A DNA stretch of 64,000 nucleotides from Rebecca billardiae RCC1528 (Eukaryota > Protista > Haptophyta). How positions within the stretch are numbered: position 1 is the stretch's first letter; each line of letters starts with the position of its first letter. The notes below the pieces were generated by a model. The model did no database searches and had not been told where the DNA came from. It worked only from the letters and a program-made list of their open reading frames with translations. The stretch covers positions 1 to 64,000 of the forward strand of contig OZ251234.1 in assembly GCA_965240325.2 (NCBI GenBank), given 5' to 3'. This document shows, piece after piece, positions 22,148 through 34,631 of this stretch. Made by a program: the position numbers and the translations under genes.

Positions 22148-24934
22148 ATGGCGGAGCTCTCGACGGAGGCGCTCGAGTCGAGCCGGCTGCACCGGCAGCC
22201 GCACGAGCTGGCGAACGGCGACGCCGACGCCGACCCCGTTGCCAGCGCCGCGCGCAGCATCCCCGCGTCGCCGCAGCGCGCGGAGGCCGTCGGCGGCGGC
22301 GGCGGCGGCGTCGACGCGCTCGGCGGCGGCCTCGACGGCGAGGACGAGGCGGCGGACCCGGTGAGCGCGGCGCTGCTGAGCTCGTCGCCGCCGCGCGCGG
22401 AGCGCCTGCCCACCGGCGGCTCGCGCACGCCGCCCTCCTCCGGCGGCGCGGCCGACGGCGACGCCGCGCCGCCGCCGCCGTCGCCCAAGCCGTGGCACCA
22501 CGCGGCGACGGCGATGCACGACAACGAGTCGGCGGAGATGTCGGCGGTGTGCTCGATGCTGCAGGAGGCGGTGGCGATGCGGCAGCGCTACCAGAAGCCC
22601 GTCGCCGCCGCGCGCCGCCCGCCCGACGGCCCGCCCTCGCCCGACCCGCACTACGAGCCGTTCGGGTTCCCGCCCGAGGGGCCGCCGCCGCGCTCGCACC
22701 ACGTCTTCGAGTTCCGCAAGGGCGTGATGGCGGTGTGGGCGGCGGAGGACGAGCTGCCCTCGCTGATGCAGGAGTACGAGGCGGCGTACCGCTGCCCGCA
22801 CGACTTCAAGGCGTTCACGCTCGACGTCGGCCGGCTGCACGACATCTGCGCGTCCGGGCCGGTGTACACGTTCTGCGTGCGCCGGCTCGCGCTGCTCGAG
22901 TCGCGGTACAAGCTGCACACGATGGAGAAGGAGGTGGCCGAGCTCGCGCAGATGCGCGCGAACCCGCACCGCGACTACTACAACTGCCGCAAGGTGGACA
23001 CGCACATCCACCTCGCCGCGGCGATGAACCAGAAGCACCTGCTGCGGTTCATCAAGAAGAAGATGAAGGCCGAGCCCGACACGCCCGTGATCGCCAAGCA
23101 CGGGCACACGCTCACGCTGCGCGAGGTGTGCGACGAGCTGCGCCTCTCGCCGTACGACATCAACCTCGACTCGCTGGGCATGCACGCCGACGCCTCCACC
23201 TTCCGCCGCTTCGACAAGTTCAACCTCAAGTACAACCCGCTCGGCGACGCGTCGCTGCGCGAGATCTTCCTCAAGACGGACAACTTCATCGAGGGGCGCT
23301 ACCTCGCCGAGCTGACGCAGGAGCTGTTCGCCGACCTCGAGGAGTCCAAGTACGTGCACACGGAGTACCGCCTCTCCGTGTACGGCCGCTCGCGCGACGA
23401 GTGGGCCAAGCTCGCGCGGTGGGTCGTGTCCAACCGGCTGTACTCGCGCAACAACCGCTGGTTTGTGCAGGTGCCGCGCCTCTTCCACCTGTACGCGGCC
23501 AAGGGCGACGTGGCCTCGTTCGAGGCGTTCCTCGACAACCTGTTCGCGCCGCTCTTCGAGGCGACGCGCGACCCGGCGGCGCACCCCGAGCTGCACCTCT
23601 TCCTGCAGCAGCTCGTCGCGTTCGACTGCGTCGACGACGAGTCGAAGCCGGACGCGCCGATGCCCACCACCGAGGCCGACTGGGCGCGCGCGCAGTACCC
23701 GACCGAGCCGCGCGAGTGGACGTCGGCGACCAACCCGCACTACGCGTACTACATCTACTACCTGTACGCCAACCTGGCCGTGCTCAACCAGTTCCGCGCG
23801 GCGCGCGGCTTCTCCACCTTCGACTTCCGCCCGCACGCGGGCGAGGCGGGCGAGCCGTCGCACCTGCAGTCGACGTTCCTGTGCGCGCACGGCATCAACC
23901 ACGGGCTGATGCTGCGGCGCTCGCCGCCGCTGCAGTACCTCTTCTACCTCACGCAGATCGGCATCGCCATGTCGCCGCTCTCGAACAACATGCTCTTCTG
24001 CGAGCTCGCGCGCTCGCCCTTCCCCACCTACTTTGTGCGCGGGCTGAACGTGTGCCTCTCGACCGACGACCCCCTCATGTTCCACTACACCAAGGAGCCG
24101 CTCATGGAGGAGTTCTGCATCGCGCGGCACACGTGGCAGCTCTCGCCCGTCGACCTCGCCGAGCTCTTCCGCGCGTCCGTGCTCCAGTCGTCCTTCGAGC
24201 GCAGCGTCAAGGCGTACTGGCTCGGCGACGGCTTCTGGCGGCCGGGCGCCGCGGGCAACGACATCACGCGCACCAACGTGCCCGACATCCGGCTCGCCTT
24301 CCGCGACCAGGCGCACCGCGAGGAGCTGCAGGTCGTGTTCGAGGCGGCGGCGGCGACGCCGCTGCACTCGTCCTACTCGGCCGCGTCCGCGCACCCCAAG
24401 CCGGCCAACTGGGGGATGGTGCGCAAGGCGACGGCGAACGGCGAGCTCTTCTCCGTCGAGCTGCTCGCGAGCGCGCACGAGGAGCAGAAGCGCGTCGTGA
24501 CCGGCGGCGCCGCCGCGCGCCGCCAGTCGGTGCCCTCGCGCGTCGTGCCCAAGCACGCGACGCAGCAGCTGCCGCAGCCGCTGCTCGCCGCCGCCGCCGC
24601 CGTGCAGGCGCGCGTCGCGCAGGCGCAGCGCGAGCAGCAGGGCGTGCCCGCGACGCTCTCCGAGCCGCTGCTGCCCACGCTGCCGCGGCCCGCCGAGGCG
24701 GCGAGCGCCGCCGCCAAGGCGCGCAAGGCGGCGGCCGCCGCCAAGGCGCCGCCGGCCGAGCCGGGCGCGGACGAGCCGCGCGTGCTCGGCGTGCGGCTCT
24801 CGACCGCGGCGTCGGCCGCGGTCGCGGCCATCGCGATCGGCACGAGCGCGTTCGTGCTCGGCGCGACCGTCGCGCGCGCGCTCGCGCCGCCCGGCGCCGG
24901 CGCGCGCCGCCGCCAGCCGCGCGCCGCGCCCTGA
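22148..24934 (+). CDS. AMPD: AMP deaminase
   Basis: RKVDTHIH, FDKFNLKYNP, LREIFLKTDN, DCVDDESK, FRPHAGEAG, AMSPLSNN, LSTDDPL motifs; single exon. Confidence 0.97.
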   Translation: MAELSTEALESSRLHRQPHELANGDADADPVASAARSIPASPQRAEAVGGGGGGVDALGGGLDGEDEAADPVSAALLSSSPPRAERLPTGGSRTPPSSGGAADGDAAPPPPSPKPWHHAATAMHDNESAEMSAVCSMLQEAVAMRQRYQKPVAAARRPPDGPPSPDPHYEPFGFPPEGPPPRSHHVFEFRKGVMAVWAAEDELPSLMQEYEAAYRCPHDFKAFTLDVGRLHDICASGPVYTFCVRRLALLESRYKLHTMEKEVAELAQMRANPHRDYYNCRKVDTHIHLAAAMNQKHLLRFIKKKMKAEPDTPVIAKHGHTLTLREVCDELRLSPYDINLDSLGMHADASTFRRFDKFNLKYNPLGDASLREIFLKTDNFIEGRYLAELTQELFADLEESKYVHTEYRLSVYGRSRDEWAKLARWVVSNRLYSRNNRWFVQVPRLFHLYAAKGDVASFEAFLDNLFAPLFEATRDPAAHPELHLFLQQLVAFDCVDDESKPDAPMPTTEADWARAQYPTEPREWTSATNPHYAYYIYYLYANLAVLNQFRAARGFSTFDFRPHAGEAGEPSHLQSTFLCAHGINHGLMLRRSPPLQYLFYLTQIGIAMSPLSNNMLFCELARSPFPTYFVRGLNVCLSTDDPLMFHYTKEPLMEEFCIARHTWQLSPVDLAELFRASVLQSSFERSVKAYWLGDGFWRPGAAGNDITRTNVPDIRLAFRDQAHREELQVVFEAAAATPLHSSYSAASAHPKPANWGMVRKATANGELFSVELLASAHEEQKRVVTGGAAARRQSVPSRVVPKHATQQLPQPLLAAAAAVQARVAQAQREQQGVPATLSEPLLPTLPRPAEAASAAAKARKAAAAAKAPPAEPGADEPRVLGVRLSTAASAAVAAIAIGTSAFVLGATVARALAPPGAGARRRQPRAAP

Positions 24935-26034
24935 CGCGCGCACGCGCGCGCTCGATTCGTCGCGCGCGCTCGCCGCGGCTGCAGCGGGTGGCGCGCGCTG
25001 CTTCACGCGACCTCGTCCGTGCAGCGGTGTCGCGTCTTTTCGTGTGCCGCAGCTGCCCGCCACTATGACCGTATGAGGCATCTGACCTGCTGTTCCGAGA
25101 CGCGGACCGCGCCGCGACGGTCGGGCCGCCCGAGGCAGCCTGAGCCTCCCTCCGGGCCAGGCCGAGCGCCGTGTAGACTGTAGTGCCTGCGACTGCTACG
25201 TTTGAGCAGTATATTCTACGGGCCTGCTCCACACCCGGGCTTGACCATCCAACGCCCGCAACGGGCGGGCGGACCGTAGTCACTCCTGCGGCCTGCGCGC
25301 TGCGGGGCCGAGCCGCGCGCCCGGGTGATCGCCGACACTCTCGGTCCGCCGACTACAATGACGACTGCTGTCCGTGCTGAGTCCGGGCCGGTCTGCGCCG
25401 CACGCCGGACGCGGGCGGGCCCGGGGCCACCGGGTCCGGCAGTCAAACCGCGCGGCGGTCCGCCACAAGGCGGCGGCGGCGTCCGGCGCGCGCTTTCCTG
25501 CCGCGCCGCGCCGACGCTCGCGGCGCATGAACGCAGGGTTGAGAGTGGGGCGTAGGGCCCGCCCGCCAGCCCTCTAGTGCGCCATACCCGATCAGCCCGT
25601 GCCGGTCCGGCAGGCCTGCGCCCGCTCACCGAGCGCTGAGCCCGCGGCCAAGGTCGGCCGGGCAGGCCGCGCTCGCTGGGTTGGCAGCCATCCTGCCCGC
25701 GTCGGGACGCTTTACGCGACGAACCCGATCTACCCGAGATACCATCAACCAAGAACGGTTCAGACCGTTCGCCGCATTGATGACTACTTGACCGTATCAA
25801 AACGAGTGGCCGCAGCGGACGGCGAATCTCAACGTTATGTAATGAGTACGCGGTGAGCAAACGTACCGGCGTACCCACCTTCTTACCTGCCTCATCCACA
25901 ACGCTTGGGAGGCATGCAAGCGAATTGAGCGGATCGAGGGTCGAGCCGCGCGGTTTGGCGCCACGGAACAAAGCGGGTAGGTAGGCGGCGTTGTGCCCTC
26001 ACCAGGGTGGCGTCATCGCGCGCATCTAGGCTCG

Positions 26035-28836
26035 ATGGAGGTGCGCGAGGCATCCGACGACGAGCCGCGGCTGCCCGAGCTGGAGGCGCTGCCCGCGGCG
26101 CCGGCCCCGGCGCAGGATGCCGCGCCCGCCGCCGCCGAGGAGGGCACCGTCCAGCTCGAGTCCTTCGCCGCCGCGCTCGAGGCGGTCGAGGTGCTCCGGT
26201 CGGTCGACGACAAGCAGGCGCACGACGCCTTCAACGTCTCGGACAACATCGTGCTCGACCAGGTGGAGAACATGCTCGACGACGCGGCGCAGGACAACGA
26301 CGACGTCTCCTCCGTCGCCTCGTCCACCGACGTTCCGGGCGCGGAGAGCACCAACACGCTGCCGCAGGTGCCAAGCAGCCCGGGCCCGGGCGGGCCGGAC
26401 GAGCCGCCGGAGAAGCCCGCGCTCACCGCGCGCGCCGTCGGCGCGCACGCGCTCAAGGCGGCGAAGAGGGCGGTGCAGATGGTGTGGTACGAGACCTCGC
26501 TGCTCCTCCTGCTCGTGCCGTACGCCATCGGCTTTGTCAGCCGGCCCGAGGAGCCGCTGCGGCTGCGGTGGGACCTGTGGCTGCTGCGGCCGCTGTACGC
26601 GCTCATCCTCGCGCGCCTCGGCGTGTACGTGCTGTACGGGATCAAGGGCGCGGCCGTCGCGCTCGAGCTGCTGCCCACGCGCGCCAACATCATCGCCGAG
26701 GCCTTCCGCGGCTGGCCCGCCACGGTGCGCGCGCGCGCGCACGCGCGCGCGCGCCGCCCGGCCGCGCGCCGTGCGCGCGCGCGCTCGGCTGAGCGCCGCG
26801 CGCGCCGCCCTGCGCGCGGCGGCGCCGCAGACGATCGTCTGGCTGGGGTTCCACGCGATCTTCTACTACGCGCCCTTCTTCGACGGCGCGGCGTGGCAGC
26901 GGCTGCGCATCCCGCAGTGGCTGATCGCTGTGCAGTACTGGCTGGCCGCGCTCGCGATCACGCGCGGGCTGCTGGACGCCTCCACCGAGCGCTTCTTCCG
27001 CTCGCTCAAGGACGGCCACTTCGAGCAGCGCGTGGCGGACGCGATCATGAGCATGCGCGTGCTGCGCCTGCTCTTCTCCACCGCGCGCGCCGCGCGCACG
27101 CGCGCCGCGCAGCGCGAGCGCGCGGCGGGCGGCGCGCGCGTGACGCACGCGCGCACGAGCTCGGTGGTGGGCGGCTCGACCTCGATGACGTCGAGAATGT
27201 TCTCCAAGATGGGCGGCCGCGCGCGCACGGCGGAGGACGGCGTGGGGAGCGGCGGGCCGAGCCTGAACGACCTGCCGCTGGTGCAGCACGAGGAGCCGCC
27301 CGCGCCCGAGCAGCCCGGCGGCGGCGGCGGCGGCCGCGCCATCCCGAGCAGCGCCTCGCGCGCGCGGCTCGAGCGGCACGGCGCGCGCGGCGCGTCGCAC
27401 GGCGAGGAGTCTGAGCTGATGGTGAGCGAGGACGGCCTGTTCAAGGGCTCGCTGCTCGGCAGCCTGTCGGAGCAGCTCGAGGTGCTGCAGGGCGCGGTCG
27501 CCGCGGGCTCGGGCTTCGTCACCTCCTCCGCCGACGCGCGCAAGCGCGCGCGCCACGCCTTCACCTCGCTGCTCGCCGAGTTCCACAACGAGCTACGGCT
27601 GGCCGAGCACGCGGGCACGGTGCCGCCCGTCAGCGGCGAGGGCGTGCCCGACGGCTGCCTGCCGCGCGAGCGCCTCGTGCGCTGGTGCGTCAAGGCGACG
27701 CGGCGCAAGCGGCAGACGTTCCGCAAGAAGGTGGGCGACCGCGCGACCGCGCTCTTCCCCGCCGAGTACGTGGACGAGGAGCGCTTCACCACCGCCATCG
27801 AGGCGGCGTACCGCGAGCAGCGCTTCCTGAGCGCGAGCGTGCAGTCCTTCGACGCGCTCAACACGCACGTGCACGCCTTCCTCGTCTCGATCTGGGCGGG
27901 GGTGCTCTTCCTCGCGGGGATCTTCCTCGTGGACTGGGGCGTGGACTTCGACGCGTGGATCGTGCCCATCTCCTCCTCGCTGCTCTCCGTCGCCTTCCTG
28001 CTCGGCTGGCTGCCGTACGAGAGCGCCGCGGGCATCCTGTTCGTGCTGGTCGTGCGGCCGTACGACATCGGCGACCGCGTGCTCATCACCAACCCGGGCG
28101 TGAGCGGAGAGGGGTACGAGGGGTACACCGTCGCCAAGGTGCGCGCCGCGACGCCGCGCCGCGAGCGAGAGCCGCCGCGCCGCTCACGCCGCACGCGCCG
28201 TGGTGGTGTGTGTGTGTGTGCGTGCGTGTGTGTGTGTGTGTGTGCGTGCGTGTGTGCGTGCGGTGCGGTGCGCAGATCGGGCTGCTCTCGACGACGCTCG
28301 TCTCGTGGCAGGGCGAGATCCACACGGTGATGAACTTCACCTCGCGCAAGCTCTCGATCATCAACCTGCACCGCTCGCACAACCCGACGGTGGCGATCAC
28401 GCTGCAGGTGCCCTCGTCCACGCCCGGCCCCAAGATCTCCGAGATGATCGACGCGGTGCGCGCCTTTGTCGAGCACGCGCCCGAGGACTGGCTGTCGATC
28501 AGCTCGGGCATGATCAAGAAGGCGGACTACCGCACGGGCGTACTCGAGGTCGTGCTCTTCCTCAAGTCCGCGATGCGCCGCATCGAGGACGGCATCATCG
28601 ACCAGGCGAAGAACCGGCTGTACATGTTCATCCACGTGTACATGCAGACCGCGGGGCTCGAGTACATGCTGCCGCCGCAGAAGATCTACACCTCGATCGT
28701 CAACGAGCAGCAGCCCGCGGGCGCGTGGACGCCGAGCACGCCGCGCGCGCGGCCCGCCAGCGGCTCGGCCGGCGGCTCCGCGCTCTCGGCCAAGTGGCGG
28801 CACGTGCTCGCAAACGCCGGCGCGCGGCCGTCCTGA
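26035..28836 (+). CDS. MscS-like mechanosensitive ion channel
   Basis: Multiple TM helices; ILFVLVVRPYDIGDRV...V.KIGLLST...IINLHRS signature; introns 26725-26830 and 28139-28275. Confidence 0.88.
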
Positions 28837-29095
28837 GGCGCGCGCGCCCGGCCGCGCGGCGACGCAGATGATGCGCGGCACGGACGCCCCGTCTGATTCC
28901 AATAATCAACTGCGCGGCGACCGGACGACTACTACGGCGCGCAACTCTCCATCCGCCATCATCAGCAGCAGCAGCATGATATGCATGATGTATCAGCAGC
29001 CGACGAGTGTCGGCGTCATCGTCAGCATCGTCATATTAAATAAATAAATAAATACTCATATATCGTCGATCAGCAGACTGATACTTACTACGATC

Positions 29096-29127
<32 letters not shown>

Positions 29128-29516
29128 CGTCAGCATCGATCAGCTAAATCGCGCGTCGCGTCGACAGCAATGTCAGCAGCTGACGCTGGCATCGTCGTCG
29201 CCTCGTCACCGCCGATGATTATTATATTATATATTATAATAGCAGTATAGCGCTAGTAATAATTATTAATTTAATTCCGACGCGCGATAAATCGATTGTC
29301 GCGGTCACGCTCCGGTGACTCAGACTGGCGGGCGGTGACTGCTGCGCGTATATACGACGTATATATATATATATATATAGTTACGCGGCGGTACGCGCGG
29401 CTACATTCGCTACTACGACATAGACATATAGCAGTACTTAGTCGTCGATTGTCGTGGACGTGGTAGTGATGATGCGCGCGCACTTAATAATAAGCAGCGC
29501 GGCGCACCGGGCCTAA

Positions 29517-31027
29517 CTAGGCGGGCGAGTAGATGGCGTCGAGCTGCGCCTGCGGCGGCAGCAGCTGCGCGAGCACGTGCACGCGCAGCTCGTCGTTGAC
29601 CGCGTAGCTGCACGCGCCCACGACCACGTACGCGCCCACCCACGCCACGAGCAGCGCGTGCGCGAGCGGCAGCCGGTGCCGCCCCGAGAGCGGCGGCCGC
29701 ACAGCGCGCATCACGTGGCCGAGCTCGCAGTTGGGCGCGACGGCCGCCGCGGCGAGCGTGGCGCCGTCAAGCAGCAGGTCGGCGAGGAGCAGCAGCGCGT
29801 AGAAGAGCGCGGTGCGCTGGCCGTGCGGCAGGAAGAGCTCCAGCTGCGCACACGCGGCACGTCGAGGGGGCGGGCGCGTCGGGCGCGGGCCGCGGCCGCG
29901 GCGCGCGCGCTGGATGGCGCGCGCGCTGGATGGCGCGCGCGCGCGCGCGCGCACCAGCGGTGAGGCGGGCTGGCCGAGCAGCACGAGGCCGATGCCGGCG
30001 TAGCAGCCCGCGGCCATGCCGAGCAGCGCGTTGCCGTGCATCAGGCAGCGGTACGCGCGGAACTCGGTGCGCGTCCAGCCGAGCGGGCCGCGCGCCGCGC
30101 GCATCGCCTCGCACAGCGCGGGTGGCAGCAGCGCGGAGAGCCCCTCGACAGTCGGCATCCCGACGATCTGCCACGCGCTGCTCAGCCGCACGAGCGCGTG
30201 CGCGCCGAGGACGGCCTGCGCGCGGCGCGGCGCGGCGCGCGGCGCGCGGCTCAGCCCGCCCTGCCCCCGCGCGCACGCAGCGCGCGCGCGGCGCTTTGCG
30301 CTTTGCGCGCACACCCCGAGCTCCGCCCACGTGTGGCAGCCGGCGGTGGCGACGAGCGAGAGCATGGCCGCGGACTGCGCGTAGCTCTTGGTCGCCTCGA
30401 GCTTGAACGAGCCCACCGGCCACAGCCGCAGCACGCCGGCGAAGCACGCGCCGAGCAGCGCGCGCAGCCCGAGGAAGACGAGCGCGCGCGCGAGCGGCGC
30501 GGCGTGCCCGCCGAGTGTGCGCACCAGCCCCAGGTCGAGGTAGACCGCAGCGGACGGCGGGAACGAGCCGAGCGTCAGCAGCGCGTACGCGCAGCCGAAG
30601 CGGCGGAGGTGCTCGCGCGGCGCGGGCGGGCCGGCGACGAGCAGCCCGAACACGAGCAGCACCGCGCACGCGAACGCCGCGTGCGACCACGGCTCCGCCG
30701 CCGCCGCCGCGCGCCGCCCCCGGTCTCCCCACACGGCGCTGATGTGCACCGCCTTGGCTCCCGTGCAGAGCGTGTACAGCGCGCCGTGGATCACCACCGC
30801 CCAGCCGCCGTCGCCCGCGACGTACGAGACGAGCGCGTACCCCGCGGGCGCGCCGAAGGGCAGCAGCGCGAGCGTCGAGAGCACGTACCGCCGCGTGCTC
30901 TGCCAGGGCGAGCCCAGCGCCGCGAAGAGCGCCAGCCCGACCGCGAGCGGCATGCCGAGCAGCAAGGCGTGGCACGCGCGCGTGGGCGCCCAGCGCAGCT
31001 CTGACAGCACGGCGAGGTGCGCGGGCC

Positions 31028-31058
<31 letters not shown>

Positions 31059-31651
31059 GCGCGGCGGCGCGCGCTCGCCCTCCTTCGCGCCGCCCGCGCC
31101 GTGGGGCGCGATCTGCGCGCCCTGCGGCGCGAGCGCGCGCGGCAGGAGCGACGGAGGCGAGGGCGCGCCCAGCGGCGCCGGCGCGTCGCGCGGCGTGCGC
31201 GGGTCCGAGTTGATCTGCTGGATGCCGAGGATCTGGTCGATCGAGTTGCGCCGCCCGCTCACCGACTGCCGGTCCTCGCCGCGCCGCCTCGCGCCGCGCG
31301 GCGACGGCCAGCGCTCGGACGAGCCGCCGGCGCGCGCGTCCGAGCGCACGGGCTCCTGCGGGCGCGCGGCGTGCGCGCGCGCGGCGGCGGCGTGCGCGCG
31401 GCTGAGCGCGCGCGCGCGCGCGTGCGAGCGGGCGCCCGCGCCGCGCGCGCGCTCACCGGCACGAGCGCCTCCGCGTTCAGCGCGTCCGCCCAGACGGTGA
31501 GCAGGTCGCGCCGCCACGCAAAGAAGCTCACGCCCTCGCGCCGCACGGGCAGGATGATCGCGCTCTCGTGCTGCGTGCGCCGGCGCACGTGGCGCTCGGG
31601 GAGCCCGCCCTGCGGGAGCCTGACCTCGTGGTGCGCCGCCGTGTCCGCCAT
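29517..31651 (-). CDS. Hypothetical multi-pass membrane protein
   Basis: Roughly 9-10 hydrophobic segments; GT-AG introns at ~31356-31456, ~30216-30314 and ~29844-29954. Confidence 0.65.
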
Positions 31652-32183
31652 CGCCGGCGCCGCGAGCGTGCGGGCCTCGCCGAGCGGGTGGCGAGCGCCG
31701 GCCCCCTGCTGTTGCTGCTGATCAAAGGTTCGATCAAGGTTGAAGGTGCACTGCTACTAAGGTGTTCATGATGAGTCTGTGACGATTTCTGAGATTGATT
31801 TGCGTCCACGACCTCTATTCACCGAGCTGGAAACGTTACAACATCGAACCCAGCAAGTCAGGCAGCAATCGTTTCCCTGCTTCGAAATTGAAAATAGTCG
31901 GACGAACTGCCCCTCCGGCAAGTGACAAGTCCAAGGCCACTGAGCGCGACCCGGATGAGCGGCTGCGCACTGCGAAGGTCTCGCGGAATGACTTTAGAAG
32001 TATACTGCTCGCCGGACTCAGCCGTCATCGCGCCGTTCGCCGTCTCAGTCGTGCCGACAGTCTGACCCTGGCATCAAATCATCAATGACCGAGTGTCACA
32101 GGCGGTCTGATTGGCGCAGCAGTCCCGCCGCCAGTGCTCGACACGCTCGCGGGCTCGCGGCCGCGCTGCGGCGCCGCACGCGC

Positions 32184-33097
32184 TCAGAACAGGTTGGCGC
32201 AGCACTTGGGCGTGGCCTTGGCGCCCCTCGTGCCGGGCTCCATGCTGAACGTGCGCGGCCCCTCCGCCGCGCCCTGCTGCCGCAGCGGCGCCTTGGCCTT
32301 CATCTCTCGCGCGACCGCGAGGAAGGCGTCCTCGACGCCCAGCCCCGCCTTGGCGCTCGTCTGGTGGTGCGCCATGCGGTGGTCGGCGCAGAGGCCGAGC
32401 GCCGTGTCGAGCGGCACTTGCCGCTGCGCCTCGGGCACGTCGCACTTGTTGCCGAACAGCGCGATCGCCGCGTCCTCCGGCGCGTGCCCGCGCACCTCGT
32501 CCAGCCAGTCGGGCACGTGCTCGAAGCTCTCGGCCGAGTCGACCGCGTACACGAGGATCACGCCGTGCGCGCCGCGGTAGTAGTTGGAGACGATCGAGCG
32601 GAAGCGGTCCTGCCCCGCCGTGTCCCAGATCTGCAGCTTGCACCGCTGCGCGCGCGGCCGCGCGGCGGCGGGGGGCGCGTCGCCGCGCCGCGCCGCGCGT
32701 GAGCCGCGGCGCCGAGCGCGCGCGCATGCGACTCGCCGCGCGGCGCGCTCGCGCGTGTGCCGCCGCGCGGCGCGGCGGCCACCGCCGCCGCGCGGCGCAC
32801 CTTGCCGTCGAGATCGAGCGTGCGAATCTTGAAGTCCACGCCGATCGTGGCGGTGTACGACGGGTTGAACGTGTTGTCCGCGTACCTGAGGATGATGGAC
32901 GACTTGCCCACGCCCGAGTCGCCCGCCACCACGACCTTGAAGGTGTGGTCGTACCGCTCGCGCGCGGTGGCGCTGCGCTGGAGGACGTCGCCTGCCGAGC
33001 TCAGCGGCGCGCGCGCGAGCACACCGAGCGCCACGGCGAGCACGGCCAGCCCGCGCGGGGTGCCCGGCGCGCGCTGCGCCGCGGCCGAGGCAGCCAT
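32184..33097 (-). CDS. Rab1-like small GTPase with an N-terminal hydrophobic extension
   Basis: [42 protein letters not shown]-terminal CCANLF; intron 32646-32800. Confidence 0.93.
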
Positions 33098-33425
33098 CGT
33101 CGCGCGGGTGACGTGTTCCCGACTTCGTCATTCCGCCGCCCCACTTTCATCAGAACGACCTCGAAAATGAAAAACAATGACGACGTTTTGTGGACGACGG
33201 TGGGGCGAGGACGACGGGCGCTGGCGCGCCGCGAGGCGGCCGCAGCCCTCATCCAGGCCTCGCAGGCGGACGGCTGAACGAATTTTTCCGGCGGCGCTAC
33301 CATCGGCGACGGCTTCATGGGCGGTGACAGTTGGCGGGCGTCAATCTCGCCTGCCTGAGCTGTGTGCGTCTCTTATTCTTAGTATACTGTACCGGGGTCG
33401 AGAAAAAGGGGGCGGGAGACGGGCG

Positions 33426-34631
33426 ATGGCGGATACGACAACCCGCGTGCGCCTCGCGGCGGCCCTCACGGCGGCGGCGGCGGCGGGCGCGGCGGGCCCG
33501 CCGCTCGAGTGGTGCGTCGTGATGAGCGACACGCGGCGCCTCCTGAGCACGCCCGGCCGCGGCCCGCCGGAGGGCGCGCTCGCCGACGGCGCCGCCGCTA
33601 ATCGCGCGTGGGCGCTCGCGCACGGGTACGGCTTTGCCAACGTGCGGCTCGCGCAGCGCGGGCGCGTGCCGGCGTGCGCGCACCGCGCGCACGGGCCGCG
33701 CTTCGCGGCGTGGTGCAAGGTGCCCGCCGTCGCGCACGTCCTGCTCCGCGGCGTCTCCGGCCGGCGCTGCCGCGGCGCGCTCTACCTGGACGCGGACGCG
33801 CACGTGGCGAACGCCAGCATGGCCGCCGCCGCCTACCTCGCGCGCGCCCGGGCCGTGGGCGACGAGGCGGTGCAGGACGACGGCTGGCACTTCCTGCTGC
33901 CGACGAACGCGCCGACCACCAACGACACCGGCTGCACCGGCGTGTGGTGGGTGCGCAACAGCGCGGAGGGGCGCGGCGTGCTGCGCTCGTGGTGGGACGC
34001 CTCGTGGCCGACGCGCGCGCAGCGCCACCCGTTCGAGCAGAAGGCGCTGGCGTGGGGCGGGTACCGGTTCAACCGGCCGTTCGGGGACGCGCTGCGGCTG
34101 CTCGTCACGGCCAACCACTTCGGCCCGCTCTTCGCCGACGCCGCCCGCGCGCCCGCCGACCCGTTCATCACGCACCTCGGCCGCGCGCTCGTGCCCACCG
34201 CCGCGGGCAAGCGGCGCGCGGCCGCGGCGCGCGCGGCGGCGGAGGCGGCGCTCGCCGCGCTCGGCCCCGCGCGCGCGGCGGCCGGGCTGCCGCCGGGCGC
34301 GGCGGAGACGCTCGTGCTCGCGCGCGAGAACGCGAGCGCGCCCTTCGAGGGCGGCGCGCTCCTGCCCACCGGCGAGCGCGCGGTGTGCGCGCCGTTCCCG
34401 CGGCTGCGCCCCGAGGCGGCCGGCTGGGACGACGAGCGCCGCTGCTGCGAGAGCGCGCGCAAGCTGCCGCTGCGCCCGTCGCGCACGCGGCTCGACGGCT
34501 CGGCGCTGCCGGACGGCGCGCCCGACCGGCCGTGCTGGGCGCCGTCAGACAAGAAGGGCGAGAAGTGGACGTGCTGGGACGCGTGGCGCCGGGCCCTCCG
34601 CGCGCCATCGCCGTCAGCATCGTCAGCATGA
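33426..34631 (+). CDS. GT34/MNN10-like glycosyltransferase (GT-A fold)
   Basis: Signal-like N-terminus; HGY, WCKV, LYLDADA (DxD), TGVWWVRNS, FEQKAL, FITH. Confidence 0.7.
   Translation: MADTTTRVRLAAALTAAAAAGAAGPPLEWCVVMSDTRRLLSTPGRGPPEGALADGAAANRAWALAHGYGFANVRLAQRGRVPACAHRAHGPRFAAWCKVPAVAHVLLRGVSGRRCRGALYLDADAHVANASMAAAAYLARARAVGDEAVQDDGWHFLLPTNAPTTNDTGCTGVWWVRNSAEGRGVLRSWWDASWPTRAQRHPFEQKALAWGGYRFNRPFGDALRLLVTANHFGPLFADAARAPADPFITHLGRALVPTAAGKRRAAAARAAAEAALAALGPARAAAGLPPGAAETLVLARENASAPFEGGALLPTGERAVCAPFPRLRPEAAGWDDERRCCESARKLPLRPSRTRLDGSALPDGAPDRPCWAPSDKKGEKWTCWDAWRRALRAPSPSASSA

Noticed and set aside
22045-25081. Roughly 1,000-aa overlapping and antisense ORFs over AMP deaminase (similar cases over other genes)
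   Set aside because: Expected by-product of extreme GC3, which removes stop codons from alternative frames.
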